A DNA stretch of 52,924 nucleotides. It comes from a virus. Lineage: Duplodnaviria > Caudoviricetes. The notes beneath the pieces are model-generated. The model was given only the letters and a program-made list of their open reading frames with translations. It did no database searches and was not told the DNA's origin. Every line of letters starts with the position of its first letter. The stretch's first letter is position 1. Positions 34,524 through 42,684 of this stretch are shown piece after piece. The stretch spans positions 1 through 52,924 of the IMG/VR virus record IMGVR_UViG_3300045973_001495; one strand, written 5' to 3'. Made by a program: the position numbers and the translations under genes.

Positions 34524-37121
34524 TTAATCACTTTCATCCTCATCATCTATTAGGTAATCCTTATGGATGTATGCCTCACGTGACTTGCCCCGCCCGCTGG
34601 CTGACTTGAATACCGTTTTGGTAATCACGCCCTCGCGCACCAAGGCAGACAAAACAGAAATGCGCAGATTGGTATCGGCGCTGCGAACCTTTGTCTGCGA
34701 AGCCTCAGACATTTCACCTTCGGTCATACCGCGGGCGCCGCCCGCCCTACTTAGATTTGCTTGCTTCCAAGCTGGCTTTGAAACGATGGATTCAATCTCA
34801 TTGCGCAGGCGTTCAAACGGGCTATCAGCAATATCCCGCGCTGCTCGCTCAATGAACTTTTCGCCGTAGTGAACAACGTAATCCCGCGCCCACATATAAA
34901 GTTCTGGCGTCATCACAGGACGTTCAGGGTTATCCCAAGCAGCTAGCGCGGTTGCGATGCGTAAGGCGTTTTCACGCCACCGCCGCGTCAAATCTGGATA
35001 GGCATACCGCCCCGCTTCTCGGTCAGCCAGCAGTTGCAATTTGAATTGCCAGTCAAGATCAAGCGTGGCTGCTGGTATGGACACGGTTTGCCACAAAGGC
35101 GGCGCTTGGTAAGCCGTATTGCTATTGGCTAGCTTGGTTAGGTCGGTATCCTTTCCGGCGACCTCTGGAACCAGCGCCGTGCGCCCCGCCCGCACCGCAC
35201 GCATGTGTGCAGCCAAATCGGCAGGGAATGGCTCAAATGTCGCTCGACGCCGCGCAAATGGCTCATCATCGGCCAACGTCACCACCCAGCGATTCAGGAA
35301 CCCGTTTTGTACGTCATCGCTGGTAAGTGAGTTGAATACCTGTTCATGCGTAGCAATCGCCATCATAGTCAGGCACGGGCAATGTACGCTGCGATCTACC
35401 GCCTTCGCCTCTTCACCCTTCTGCATGACCTTGGCGTAACTTGGAGGGGCTAATACGTTAATGGCATCCGAATAGATTTCGGTCAGCATTTGAAGCCCCT
35501 TGGCCTCATGCCCTGCGTGCCTAGACCGGCCTAGTTCCAGCTTCTTGCCAAACTCATCTATAACCTGCAAAGCCGCTGGCGACTCCATCAGCATGGACAG
35601 CACGCCGCCCACTGAAGTCACGCCGCTGTAGTTCGACATTTGGCCTAGGCCAATTTCCCGCAATGCCGCCTTTACACAAGACTTGCCGTAATCCTTGCCC
35701 TGCCCCGTGGCGGCAAGCACTAGGTAATAGGTGGATGTGACGTTCCTAGACTCAGACAAATACACCCGTGCTGCCACGGTAGAAGCCAGCACAAGCGCGG
35801 CCTGCACAGACATTTGCCGCTGCGGGTCTTCAGTATGCGTTTCCGCCCACGCCACAAACCGATTGAGCGCCTGAACTGGCAACGTCAGCAGGTGTTCAGG
35901 CGTACCTTTGGACGCATCACAAAAGGCCAGCAAAGCAGGTGGAATGTTGGTGTTCTTCCGCTCGACTACCGCTGGTGGGTTTATTTCGCCGGTTTCAACG
36001 TCAACATCAATAACGATTGGCGTGCGTTCTGTTTTTTTGATCGACTTTGCCGCCGCCATGAAGGCCGAAACATCAAAGCCATCATCAGGCGGCGCAACAG
36101 GTGACAAGCCGCACTCAGACGCGGCGGCACGGATAGCCTTGCTTATATCCCCGTTATGCTCAAGCAAGCACAGCACGCTAAACGCATCATGTGCATGCTC
36201 ATCGTTAAGCGGACAGCTACCGTGGTGCGAATAGATTAGCGGCTTATCGCCATCCTCAAACAACACAACACCGGGGATTTTGGTGCTGCTACTAGGGCAA
36301 AGCCAGCGCTTACCCTTGAGCTTGTATCCATTGCGCTCAAGCACATCAATAGGCGAAAACGCACCATTGAACTTGCCAATTACGTCCCCTCCTTCTCCTT
36401 GCTGTACATAGCGCGGCGCTGCCCTTGGGCGTGGCTTGGCCTCTTCCTTGGGCATCCAAGGACAAAGCGACTTCAATTGATTCTCGAATGTCTTATCCCA
36501 CTCAGACCAGATTGCTAATAGTTCACCATCTAGTTCAGGGATACCGTTAGGATAATCCCAAGGGCTATGCCCCTCGCGCCACTCATACGGCACACCCGTA
36601 ACGGGGTGAATACTTGGCGGCAATACGTCCTGCCCCGACTTCTCTGTATCCTTCGACATACAACGCAACTCGAAAACAGTAACCATTTTTGGCCTGCCGT
36701 TTTCCTGCTTTTCAGTCGGGTGCGGCCACGTCAATTTGTATGTAAATAACGAAGAATTGGCCGGGACTTGAAACAGAAACTTGTCTCGGTCATGCCCACC
36801 CTTGATGCGTGGAAAACGATCAAGGTAGGCCATCAGGTCAACACCAATTAGCTGGAAGGCCAGCACCGCCCACTCAAGGTGATCAATATCAACCGTGCCA
36901 GTGCGGCTATAGGCATGTACCAGCCCCATGCCGTTTTTCCCACCAACAAAGGCTTGCCGAGCCAGATCGGGTGTGTTGATCTTCAGAAATGGTGAGTTCC
37001 AGTTGGTCAAAACTGGCTGCTTGCTGTTTGGCATCAGCTTTACCAGCGACCAGCCAAGCTGGGTATAGGCCGCAGCCCACTCCTGATAAGGCCATTCACT
37101 CTGCTGTGCGGTTGTCATCAC
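34524..37121 (-). CDS. Bifunctional primase-polymerase with C-terminal P-loop helicase-like (DUF3987-type) domain
   Basis: SKQP, GMG, DIDH and VLPPSIHP motifs; ATGQGKD Walker A, VIDEFG Walker B, NGFLNRW. Confidence 0.85.
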   Translation of the reverse strand: MMTTAQQSEWPYQEWAAAYTQLGWSLVKLMPNSKQPVLTNWNSPFLKINTPDLARQAFVGGKNGMGLVHAYSRTGTVDIDHLEWAVLAFQLIGVDLMAYLDRFPRIKGGHDRDKFLFQVPANSSLFTYKLTWPHPTEKQENGRPKMVTVFELRCMSKDTEKSGQDVLPPSIHPVTGVPYEWREGHSPWDYPNGIPELDGELLAIWSEWDKTFENQLKSLCPWMPKEEAKPRPRAAPRYVQQGEGGDVIGKFNGAFSPIDVLERNGYKLKGKRWLCPSSSTKIPGVVLFEDGDKPLIYSHHGSCPLNDEHAHDAFSVLCLLEHNGDISKAIRAAASECGLSPVAPPDDGFDVSAFMAAAKSIKKTERTPIVIDVDVETGEINPPAVVERKNTNIPPALLAFCDASKGTPEHLLTLPVQALNRFVAWAETHTEDPQRQMSVQAALVLASTVAARVYLSESRNVTSTYYLVLAATGQGKDYGKSCVKAALREIGLGQMSNYSGVTSVGGVLSMLMESPAALQVIDEFGKKLELGRSRHAGHEAKGLQMLTEIYSDAINVLAPPSYAKVMQKGEEAKAVDRSVHCPCLTMMAIATHEQVFNSLTSDDVQNGFLNRWVVTLADDEPFARRRATFEPFPADLAAHMRAVRAGRTALVPEVAGKDTDLTKLANSNTAYQAPPLWQTVSIPAATLDLDWQFKLQLLADREAGRYAYPDLTRRWRENALRIATALAAWDNPERPVMTPELYMWARDYVVHYGEKFIERAARDIADSPFERLRNEIESIVSKPAWKQANLSRAGGARGMTEGEMSEASQTKVRSADTNLRISVLSALVREGVITKTVFKSASGRGKSREAYIHKDYLIDDEDESD

Positions 37122-37609
37122 TTCGACACCCCACCAACCAGAATCGCAATCAACTTTTCAATCTTTGCAATCCACTCCTTGTTCTGCTTTCTGGTGTAGC
37201 CAAGACAAAACGGCATTTCTTCCGACAGGTAGAAATGGTTTTCCATCTCGTAGTGGATGAATGGTTTAGATTGAAATTGCTCAACAAATCGAGCCGGAAT
37301 GCGGCAGTAATCAAACTCAGGAGCTTCATAATCAAAATGAATATTGCTCCAAAATGACTGACTAGCACCAAGTGGCGCATATTCTCGATTTAGGATGATT
37401 AGCTCATCAAACGGAGCAAGTCTGAAGTCATTCGCTGCCCGTATGCAGTATGGATAAAACATGCGAGCCATGCCCTTTGCCGGATAGTTGTACTGACCAA
37501 ACTTGCCGGCCTCTTCAGCATCTTTCAACCACTGAAGACAGCACTCCAAATGCGCTATCAACCGACTGCGCTTGTTCAAAAACCCATTGATTAGCTTGGT
37601 GTTTTCCAC
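37118..37609 (-). CDS. Hypothetical protein (AT-rich insert)
   Basis: 163 aa, GTG start with AGGA RBS, ATGA overlap with the primase. Confidence 0.6.
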   Translation of the reverse strand: MENTKLINGFLNKRSRLIAHLECCLQWLKDAEEAGKFGQYNYPAKGMARMFYPYCIRAANDFRLAPFDELIILNREYAPLGASQSFWSNIHFDYEAPEFDYCRIPARFVEQFQSKPFIHYEMENHFYLSEEMPFCLGYTRKQNKEWIAKIEKLIAILVGGVSK

Positions 37610-37709
37610 GATAATTTCCTTTGTAAGTTCGATTCAAGTTGGTTGTAAGTTGCTGCTACTGAATAAGCACCCAGCCCCGTCCGCCAAAGACTCGCTGGGT
37701 GTTTTGCTT

Positions 37710-37916
37710 CTAATCCCTGCCGTTCCCCACTCTTCCCAAGCGCCCAAGCCGTTCTGCCTTCAGACTCAAGGCATGGAACTCAGCCACCACCATCTTTTCG
37801 AGATACAGCGAAGCCAGCGCCGAGATTTCTTCATCGGAGAACTCAGCCAGTGCGGCCAATTTTTCGTGGGTTTCCGGCGACAACTTCGCCCGAACGTCTT
37901 TGCGCTCAAGACTCAT
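37710..37916 (-). CDS. CII-like / ribbon-helix-helix small regulator
   Basis: 68 aa, MSLERKDVRAKLSPE, coupled to cro. Confidence 0.55.
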   Translation of the reverse strand: MSLERKDVRAKLSPETHEKLAALAEFSDEEISALASLYLEKMVVAEFHALSLKAERLGRLGRVGNGRD

Positions 37917-38143
37917 GCGGCCAGCTCAGGCCAGATGCGTTGCCAATCGTTAGGGCGCAGCGCCTTTCTCGACACGCCGGATAGGCGCTCTAGCTCGGGC
38001 GCGTACTCAGGAGGCACAGCGCCACGCCGCGCCCATTGGTAGACCGTTTGATGACGTAGCCCCCAAATCACCGACAGCTTTAAGCCGCCACCGGCTGATT
38101 TAATGGCTAATTTGATAGGGTTTTGGGGTGTAGTGGCTTTCAT
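37913..38143 (-). CDS. cro: Cro/YdaS-like HTH repressor
   Basis: AGG....QTVYQW...VP....LRPNDWQRIWPEL; divergent from cI. Confidence 0.85.
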   Translation of the reverse strand: MKATTPQNPIKLAIKSAGGGLKLSVIWGLRHQTVYQWARRGAVPPEYAPELERLSGVSRKALRPNDWQRIWPELAA

Positions 38144-38228
38144 GCCACCAATTTTGGCACAGCGAGGTAGCATTATGCAACCGACCACACCTATTGAATG
38201 CCACTTTGATGTTTCGCAGAATGTGCGA

Positions 38229-39017
38229 ATGTCCTCAAAACTATGGCAACGCATACGAGCAGCCCGCAGATTTAGCGGCTTAAAACAATCCGATATCGCC
38301 ACAAAGATTGGCGTATCCCGTAGCGCCGTATCTCAATGGGAAATAGACGGCGACAAGACACCCACGCTAGACAACCTGCGCCACTTCAGCGAGGCCACCG
38401 GCTGCCCTATGGAATGGCTTGTGTCCAATGACTCAGACATTAGCCACCATTGGGCGGTAGAGATAACGAAGCCAGAAAGCGCCGACATAGTGCCGATACG
38501 CGAAGGCGTAACCATTGGCGGGAACTTGGCTGGAATCACCCCGGCCAACGAGGAAATCGAATATCAGCACTGGCAGGATTACGCAGAGATATTGAGCTAC
38601 GCAGCAACTAAGGCGTTTGGTGCGGATAGTTACTCAGTCAACGGGCGCATACACACCAAGCTAGGCATGGTTCGCACTGACCTAGAGCTGCACTACCCAT
38701 GCCCCGCCATTGTGATGATTAACGTGCCAGACATACGGATAGCAGCAGCACGGGAGCGTAGTGGGCGGGAGTTAGAGCGCAGTGCCATAGAGGCGCGATT
38801 CATTGACACCCTGACGCTGGCGGCCTTCAGGGCCAAGCACAGCGCCCGCCATTATGTAGTGGTAGCCATCACTTCCCCGCTGTCACTAGAGCGCTATACC
38901 GATGAACTGGAAGCCCTAAGAGAAACCGGCATCATTGACCACCTGACCGTTTTAGAAAACGGCATCCCGATAGAGGATCAGGTGCTAGAAACACTGCGAT
39001 TACTCAAAAGCAGATAA
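38229..39017 (+). CDS. cI: CI-like XRE repressor with non-S24 C-terminal domain
   Basis: RIRAAR...QSDIA..IGVSRSAVSQWE...P HTH; divergent from cro; no S24 motifs seen. Confidence 0.8.
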   Translation: MSSKLWQRIRAARRFSGLKQSDIATKIGVSRSAVSQWEIDGDKTPTLDNLRHFSEATGCPMEWLVSNDSDISHHWAVEITKPESADIVPIREGVTIGGNLAGITPANEEIEYQHWQDYAEILSYAATKAFGADSYSVNGRIHTKLGMVRTDLELHYPCPAIVMINVPDIRIAAARERSGRELERSAIEARFIDTLTLAAFRAKHSARHYVVVAITSPLSLERYTDELEALRETGIIDHLTVLENGIPIEDQVLETLRLLKSR

Positions 39018-39019
39018 GA

Positions 39020-39046
39020 CAAAGCCCGCATCTAGCGGGCTTTTTT
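39020..39046. terminator. Bidirectional terminator
   Basis: AAAGCCCGC-ATCTA-GCGGGCTTTTTT between convergent genes. Confidence 0.8.
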
Positions 39047-39594
39047 CATACGCAGCGTTTTATCGCCCGCGCTGTAACTATGTCTATCAGGTCAATGCTA
39101 GTGTCAACTCCAGAAGCTAGCACGGCGTCGCCTATACGTTCCCAAGCAATATGATTGTGGATTTTAGACAGCAACTCATACCCCGCCCAAGTCAGTGCCA
39201 AACCGCCACTACTAACAGATTGCCGAGAGCCAGCCAGCCACTCAAAAGAAAAGCCGGTCAACTCTGCAAAAATACGCAAATGGTCTAGGCGTGGCTCGCT
39301 GCGCTGTGTGGGGTCTTTGCTTTCCCATTTCGTGACGCTAACCCGCGTCAGCCCGCACGCATCGGCAATCTGCTGTTGTGACACATGATTAACCGAGCGC
39401 GCATGGCGCAACCGCTGCCAAAGCTCGCCCGGAGCGGACTTCTCTTCCGTGGCGACTCGCTTTAGATACCCAGCGCTAACCAATAGATCAACGCTGTGGC
39501 TAGCCCCCTTCTCACTCACATGAGCAAGCTCGCCCATAGTGCCGTTGTTCACGGCAATCAAAACATCGCGCATCACATCCCAATTTCTATTCAT
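39046..39594 (-). CDS. DUF2513-like protein with inserted XRE HTH domain
   Basis: MNRNWDVMRDVL...LLVSAGYL and LTWAGYELL..I....W flank WQRLRHAR...SQQQIADACGLTRVSVTKWE...EWL. Confidence 0.75.
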   Translation of the reverse strand: MNRNWDVMRDVLIAVNNGTMGELAHVSEKGASHSVDLLVSAGYLKRVATEEKSAPGELWQRLRHARSVNHVSQQQIADACGLTRVSVTKWESKDPTQRSEPRLDHLRIFAELTGFSFEWLAGSRQSVSSGGLALTWAGYELLSKIHNHIAWERIGDAVLASGVDTSIDLIDIVTARAIKRCV

Positions 39595-39664
39595 ACGTTC
39601 CTCACTTTTTTTGACTTGAAATAGCACCGTGCCACTTCTGATCGAAATAATATGCCACTTCCTG

Positions 39665-39693
39665 TTGACACGCCACTACAGGTGGCATAAAGT
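39665..39693 (+). promoter_or_regulatory. pL-like sigma70 promoter with a palindromic operator in the spacer
   Basis: TTGACA-17 nt-TAAAGT; the spacer CGCCACTACAGGTGGCA contains GCCAC-N5-GTGGC. Confidence 0.85.
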
Positions 39694-39753
39694 TCATCCC
39701 ATCAGCAGCGAAACACCGCTGCAACCGGCCCAGCGCCCTAGCTCAGTAAGAGC

Positions 39754-39768
39754 CGCTCCTTAAAAAAA
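39754..39768 (+). promoter_or_regulatory. boxA-like antitermination site
   Basis: CGCTCCTTAAAAA, close to lambdoid boxA CGCTCTTAAAAA, about 60 nt after the promoter. Confidence 0.55.
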
Positions 39769-40000
39769 CGCACAACAACGCCACAGCGGTTAACCGATGC
39801 GGCTGGTCAGGCAGGGTGGACGACCAACGTAGACCAGTAACGCAGATGACGAGCGCCGAATGTGGAGACCGCAAGCCTGCGCGGGAAATAGGCAGGTTTA
39901 CAGCGAAACCTAAAAAAACGCTGGTGCCGCCGGTCACACGATACCGGCACAAGCAAGGCGGTTCACAGAGTCGCCTTCCTTGTTTCCTCCGTTGTTACTT

Positions 40001-40027
40001 AGCCCGCCGATGTGCGGGTTCTTTTTT
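40001..40027 (+). terminator. Terminator ending the early leader
   Basis: GCCCGC-CGATGT-GCGGGT followed by TCTTTTTT. Confidence 0.65.
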
Positions 40028-40038
40028 GGAGATACCCA

Positions 40039-40374
40039 ATGTTCAATTTTTGCGCGGTAGAAATGGACGAAGCCCGGTTTAACGCTGGCGAGTTTGAAGT
40101 GCCGGAAGCAGCAATAGAAAACAACCTGGGCGAAATGCGGCAGGAATTGCAAGGCATTAGCGATTGGCTTGAATCCAATATGGATGAGCGAATCGACTGG
40201 CTTCTTCACAAACTGATTAACGCGGCAGACGTAGATTTGGCGCTCGTTCGTGAGTTGGCTCGTGAAATGTTCAACGAGGACATGCGCCAAGCCGCAATCG
40301 ACGCGCTAAAGCCGAAAGAGAACAGCGCCAGTTACCGGATGCTTCAGGCGCTTTCGATTCGGAAAGCAGCATGA
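40039..40374 (+). CDS. Hypothetical early protein (acidic)
   Basis: GGAG RBS, first gene of the right operon, ends RKAA. Confidence 0.65.
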   Translation: MFNFCAVEMDEARFNAGEFEVPEAAIENNLGEMRQELQGISDWLESNMDERIDWLLHKLINAADVDLALVRELAREMFNEDMRQAAIDALKPKENSASYRMLQALSIRKAA

Positions 40375-40553
40375 TTCGCCGCAACGAACGAACCAGCGAG
40401 CCAGATAACCGCGCCCCACTCAAGGAATTGATGGGGCGCTGTCCTGAGCAAGAGGTGAAAAACCATGCTGCTTACATTACCCAAAGGCAACGGATACGCC
40501 GCCAGCTTCAGGAGCTTGCCGACGCAAGCCGAGATTCAGGCGACCCGTACTAA
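40371..40553 (+). CDS. Hypothetical protein
   Basis: 60 aa, ATGA overlap. Confidence 0.55.
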   Translation: MIRRNERTSEPDNRAPLKELMGRCPEQEVKNHAAYITQRQRIRRQLQELADASRDSGDPY

Positions 40554-40607
40554 CCAAGAAGCACGGCCAGCACCTGAGCCGTTGCCACCTAAAGGGAACG
40601 ACAGGAA

Positions 40608-40742
40608 ATGAAACCCCGCCCCAGCCGAATCAACCCAATACGCCGCGCCACCATGCGGCGTTTGTTTTTGCAGAACCAATCAATCTGGTACGCCATTCAG
40701 GCGTGCCGAACAGCACGGAGTGAACAACATGAATATCAATGA
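40608..40742 (+). CDS. Small basic hypothetical protein (44 aa)
   Basis: Not in the track. AGGA RBS; MKPRPSRINPIRRATMRRLF... Confidence 0.4.
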   Translation: MKPRPSRINPIRRATMRRLFLQNQSIWYAIQACRTARSEQHEYQ

Positions 40743-41127
40743 TCTATCTGGTGACGCCCTGATCGCCATGTACCTAGATGCCAAGGCAAAAGAAGCCGAG
40801 TTTGCCGAGGTAAAGCGCGCCGCCGCCGCGCAGATGGCTGTCCTGTTCGGCACAACTGAAGAAGGTACGATTACCGCCAACACCGACCGCTACAAGGTAG
40901 CGATTCGCTACAGCGTCACCCGCAAGGTGGATGTCGAGGCGCTGCAAACCAATTGGGCAAAGCTGCCGCCTGAAGTGCAAGCGGCTTTCAAGTGGAAAGC
41001 AGATGTAAACACCAAGGAGTACCGCGCCGCCCTCTTGGACAGTAAGACAAAGGCAATGGTGACGGAATTCGTCACATCGAAGCCCGCATCACCATCCATC
41101 GAAATCGAGGCCAAAGATGGCAATTAA
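40729..41127 (+). CDS. Conserved phage recombination-module protein
   Basis: AK.KE..., TRKVD, F.WK and TSKPASPS motifs; directly upstream of the Sak4-like gene. Confidence 0.65.
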   Translation: MNINDLSGDALIAMYLDAKAKEAEFAEVKRAAAAQMAVLFGTTEEGTITANTDRYKVAIRYSVTRKVDVEALQTNWAKLPPEVQAAFKWKADVNTKEYRAALLDSKTKAMVTEFVTSKPASPSIEIEAKDGN

Positions 41128-41800
41128 ACTCACCAGCAGCCGAGAAGCTGCCAAATCAAACGGCATCAAGGTTGGTGTGTACGGCCAGTCTGGTGCAGGT
41201 AAGACAACCCTATGCGCCACAACTGGCGCGCCGACCGTCATCATCAGCGCCGAGGGCGGTTTGCTGTCCCTTCGCAATCACGATATTCCAGTGATCGAGG
41301 TCAAGACGCTGGCAGACGTTCACGAAGCGTATGCCTTCATCTTGGGTTCGGATGAGGCAAAGCAATTTGAATGGGTATGCCTTGATTCAATTAGCGAAAT
41401 CGCTGAAGTGGTCTTGAACTACGAGAAGAAGACCAACAAGGACGCCCGCGCAGCATACGGCATGCTGCAAGAACAAATGACCGAGTTAATCCGAGCCTTC
41501 CGTGATTTGCCCGGACGCAACGTGTACTTCAGCGCCAAGCAGGAGCGCATCAAGGACGACACAACGGGTGTTGTGACATACGGCCCAGCTTTCCCGGGCT
41601 CCAAACTTTCCCAAGGCTTCGCTTACTTCTTCGATGAAGTCTTTGTCTTGCGCGTAGAGAAAGCCGAAGACGGTACGCCGATGCGCATGCTGCAAACACA
41701 GCCCGACTTTCAGTATCAAGCTAAAGACCGCAGCGGTGCATTGGCCGCTTGGGAAGAACCCAATCTTGCGGCAATTGCGGCAAAGATTCTGGCGGGCTAA
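41117..41800 (+). CDS. sak4: Sak4-like AAA_24 ATPase (single-strand annealing)
   Basis: YGQSGAGKT, SAEGG, LDSISE, YFFDEV and AKDRSG motifs. Confidence 0.85.
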   Translation: MAIKLTSSREAAKSNGIKVGVYGQSGAGKTTLCATTGAPTVIISAEGGLLSLRNHDIPVIEVKTLADVHEAYAFILGSDEAKQFEWVCLDSISEIAEVVLNYEKKTNKDARAAYGMLQEQMTELIRAFRDLPGRNVYFSAKQERIKDDTTGVVTYGPAFPGSKLSQGFAYFFDEVFVLRVEKAEDGTPMRMLQTQPDFQYQAKDRSGALAAWEEPNLAAIAAKILAG

Positions 41801-41919
41801 CCGGCACTAATTGCCGTCATCAATTCGGGTGATGAATATATTCGCACGCTTGTGCAGTATGCGCATCCTCTTATATCTGGCTAGGCAGATTTACCCTAGA
41901 CATAACTGGAGTATTAAAA

Positions 41920-42414
41920 ATGGCATCATTGCAAAACGTATTCATCGACCAAACCGCACAGCCTTCAAAGGGCGGCTTTGAACCCCTGCCTGCTGGCTCT
42001 TACATCGCCATGATTACCGATTCGGAAATCAAAGCGACCAAAGCAGGAACCGGCACCATCCTCAGCCTGACGCACACGGTTGTCGATGGCCCGCACGCCA
42101 ACAAGAAAATCTTTGCCCGCTTGAACGTAGGCAATCCCAACGCCACCGCGCAGAAGATTGGACAAGAGCAATTCGCTGCTGTGCGTGCTGCCACTGGCGT
42201 ATTGCAGCCACGCGATACCGGCGAGCTTCATGGCAAACCCATGAAGATCAAGGTCAAGATTCGCAAGGATGAAACCTACGGCGATTCAAATGAGATTACG
42301 TCTTGGGAGCCAGCAACCGGCGTCAGCGCACCGACAGCCGCACCGTCAGCACCTTGGGGCGGTCAGCAAGCCCCCGCGCCAGCAGCAGGCGCAACCCCGC
42401 CTTGGCAGAAGTAA
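41920..42414 (+). CDS. DUF669 single-stranded DNA-binding protein
   Basis: FEPLPAG.Y, LHGKP, NEI motifs and C-terminal PPW. Confidence 0.85.
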   Translation: MASLQNVFIDQTAQPSKGGFEPLPAGSYIAMITDSEIKATKAGTGTILSLTHTVVDGPHANKKIFARLNVGNPNATAQKIGQEQFAAVRAATGVLQPRDTGELHGKPMKIKVKIRKDETYGDSNEITSWEPATGVSAPTAAPSAPWGGQQAPAPAAGATPPWQK

Positions 42415-42417
42415 GTT

Positions 42418-42446
42418 TTGACAAACGCGGCTGCTTAAACTACTGT
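42418..42446 (+). promoter_or_regulatory. Promoter of the c4/antirepressor unit
   Basis: TTGACA-17 nt-TACTGT. Confidence 0.75.
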
Positions 42447-42450
42447 GAAC

Positions 42451-42660
42451 GTGCTGGCCTCATGCCAGCACGGGATTGGCGTCCCGGAGAGAAGGCAGAC
42501 ACCTGCCGCGCAAAGCGGCTTTTTCACGTCTGTCAAAGGCATGGCTTCTTCCTATGGGCGGGGCTGTGTTGGGGAGCCGCAAGGCTCGCCGGTTCCTTTT
42601 CCCGGTACGCCAATCCAACACAGTTCCGCCCACCTCATTTGGCGCTGAGGCGGCGGTTTA
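42451..42660 (+). ncRNA. c4: c4 (P1) / CI (P4)-like antisense RNA with upstream target site
   Basis: 17-bp closing stem (42556-42572 with 42615-42631) encloses GAGCC-GCAA-GGCTC and CCGG hairpins. GGATTGGCGT (42473-42482) is complementary to ACGCCAATCC (42607-42616). Precedes a BRO gene. Confidence 0.8.
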
Positions 42661-42684
42661 TTCAGCCGAAAAGGAGTATTAAAA

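Noticed and set aside
39800-39912. Hammerhead ribozyme (TGACGAG...CGAAAC)
   Set aside because: The conserved core C is missing, and stems I and II could not be paired convincingly.
42556-42634. tRNA gene
   Set aside because: Cloverleaf-like but lacks T-loop and anticodon-arm consensus; better explained as a c4-type RNA.
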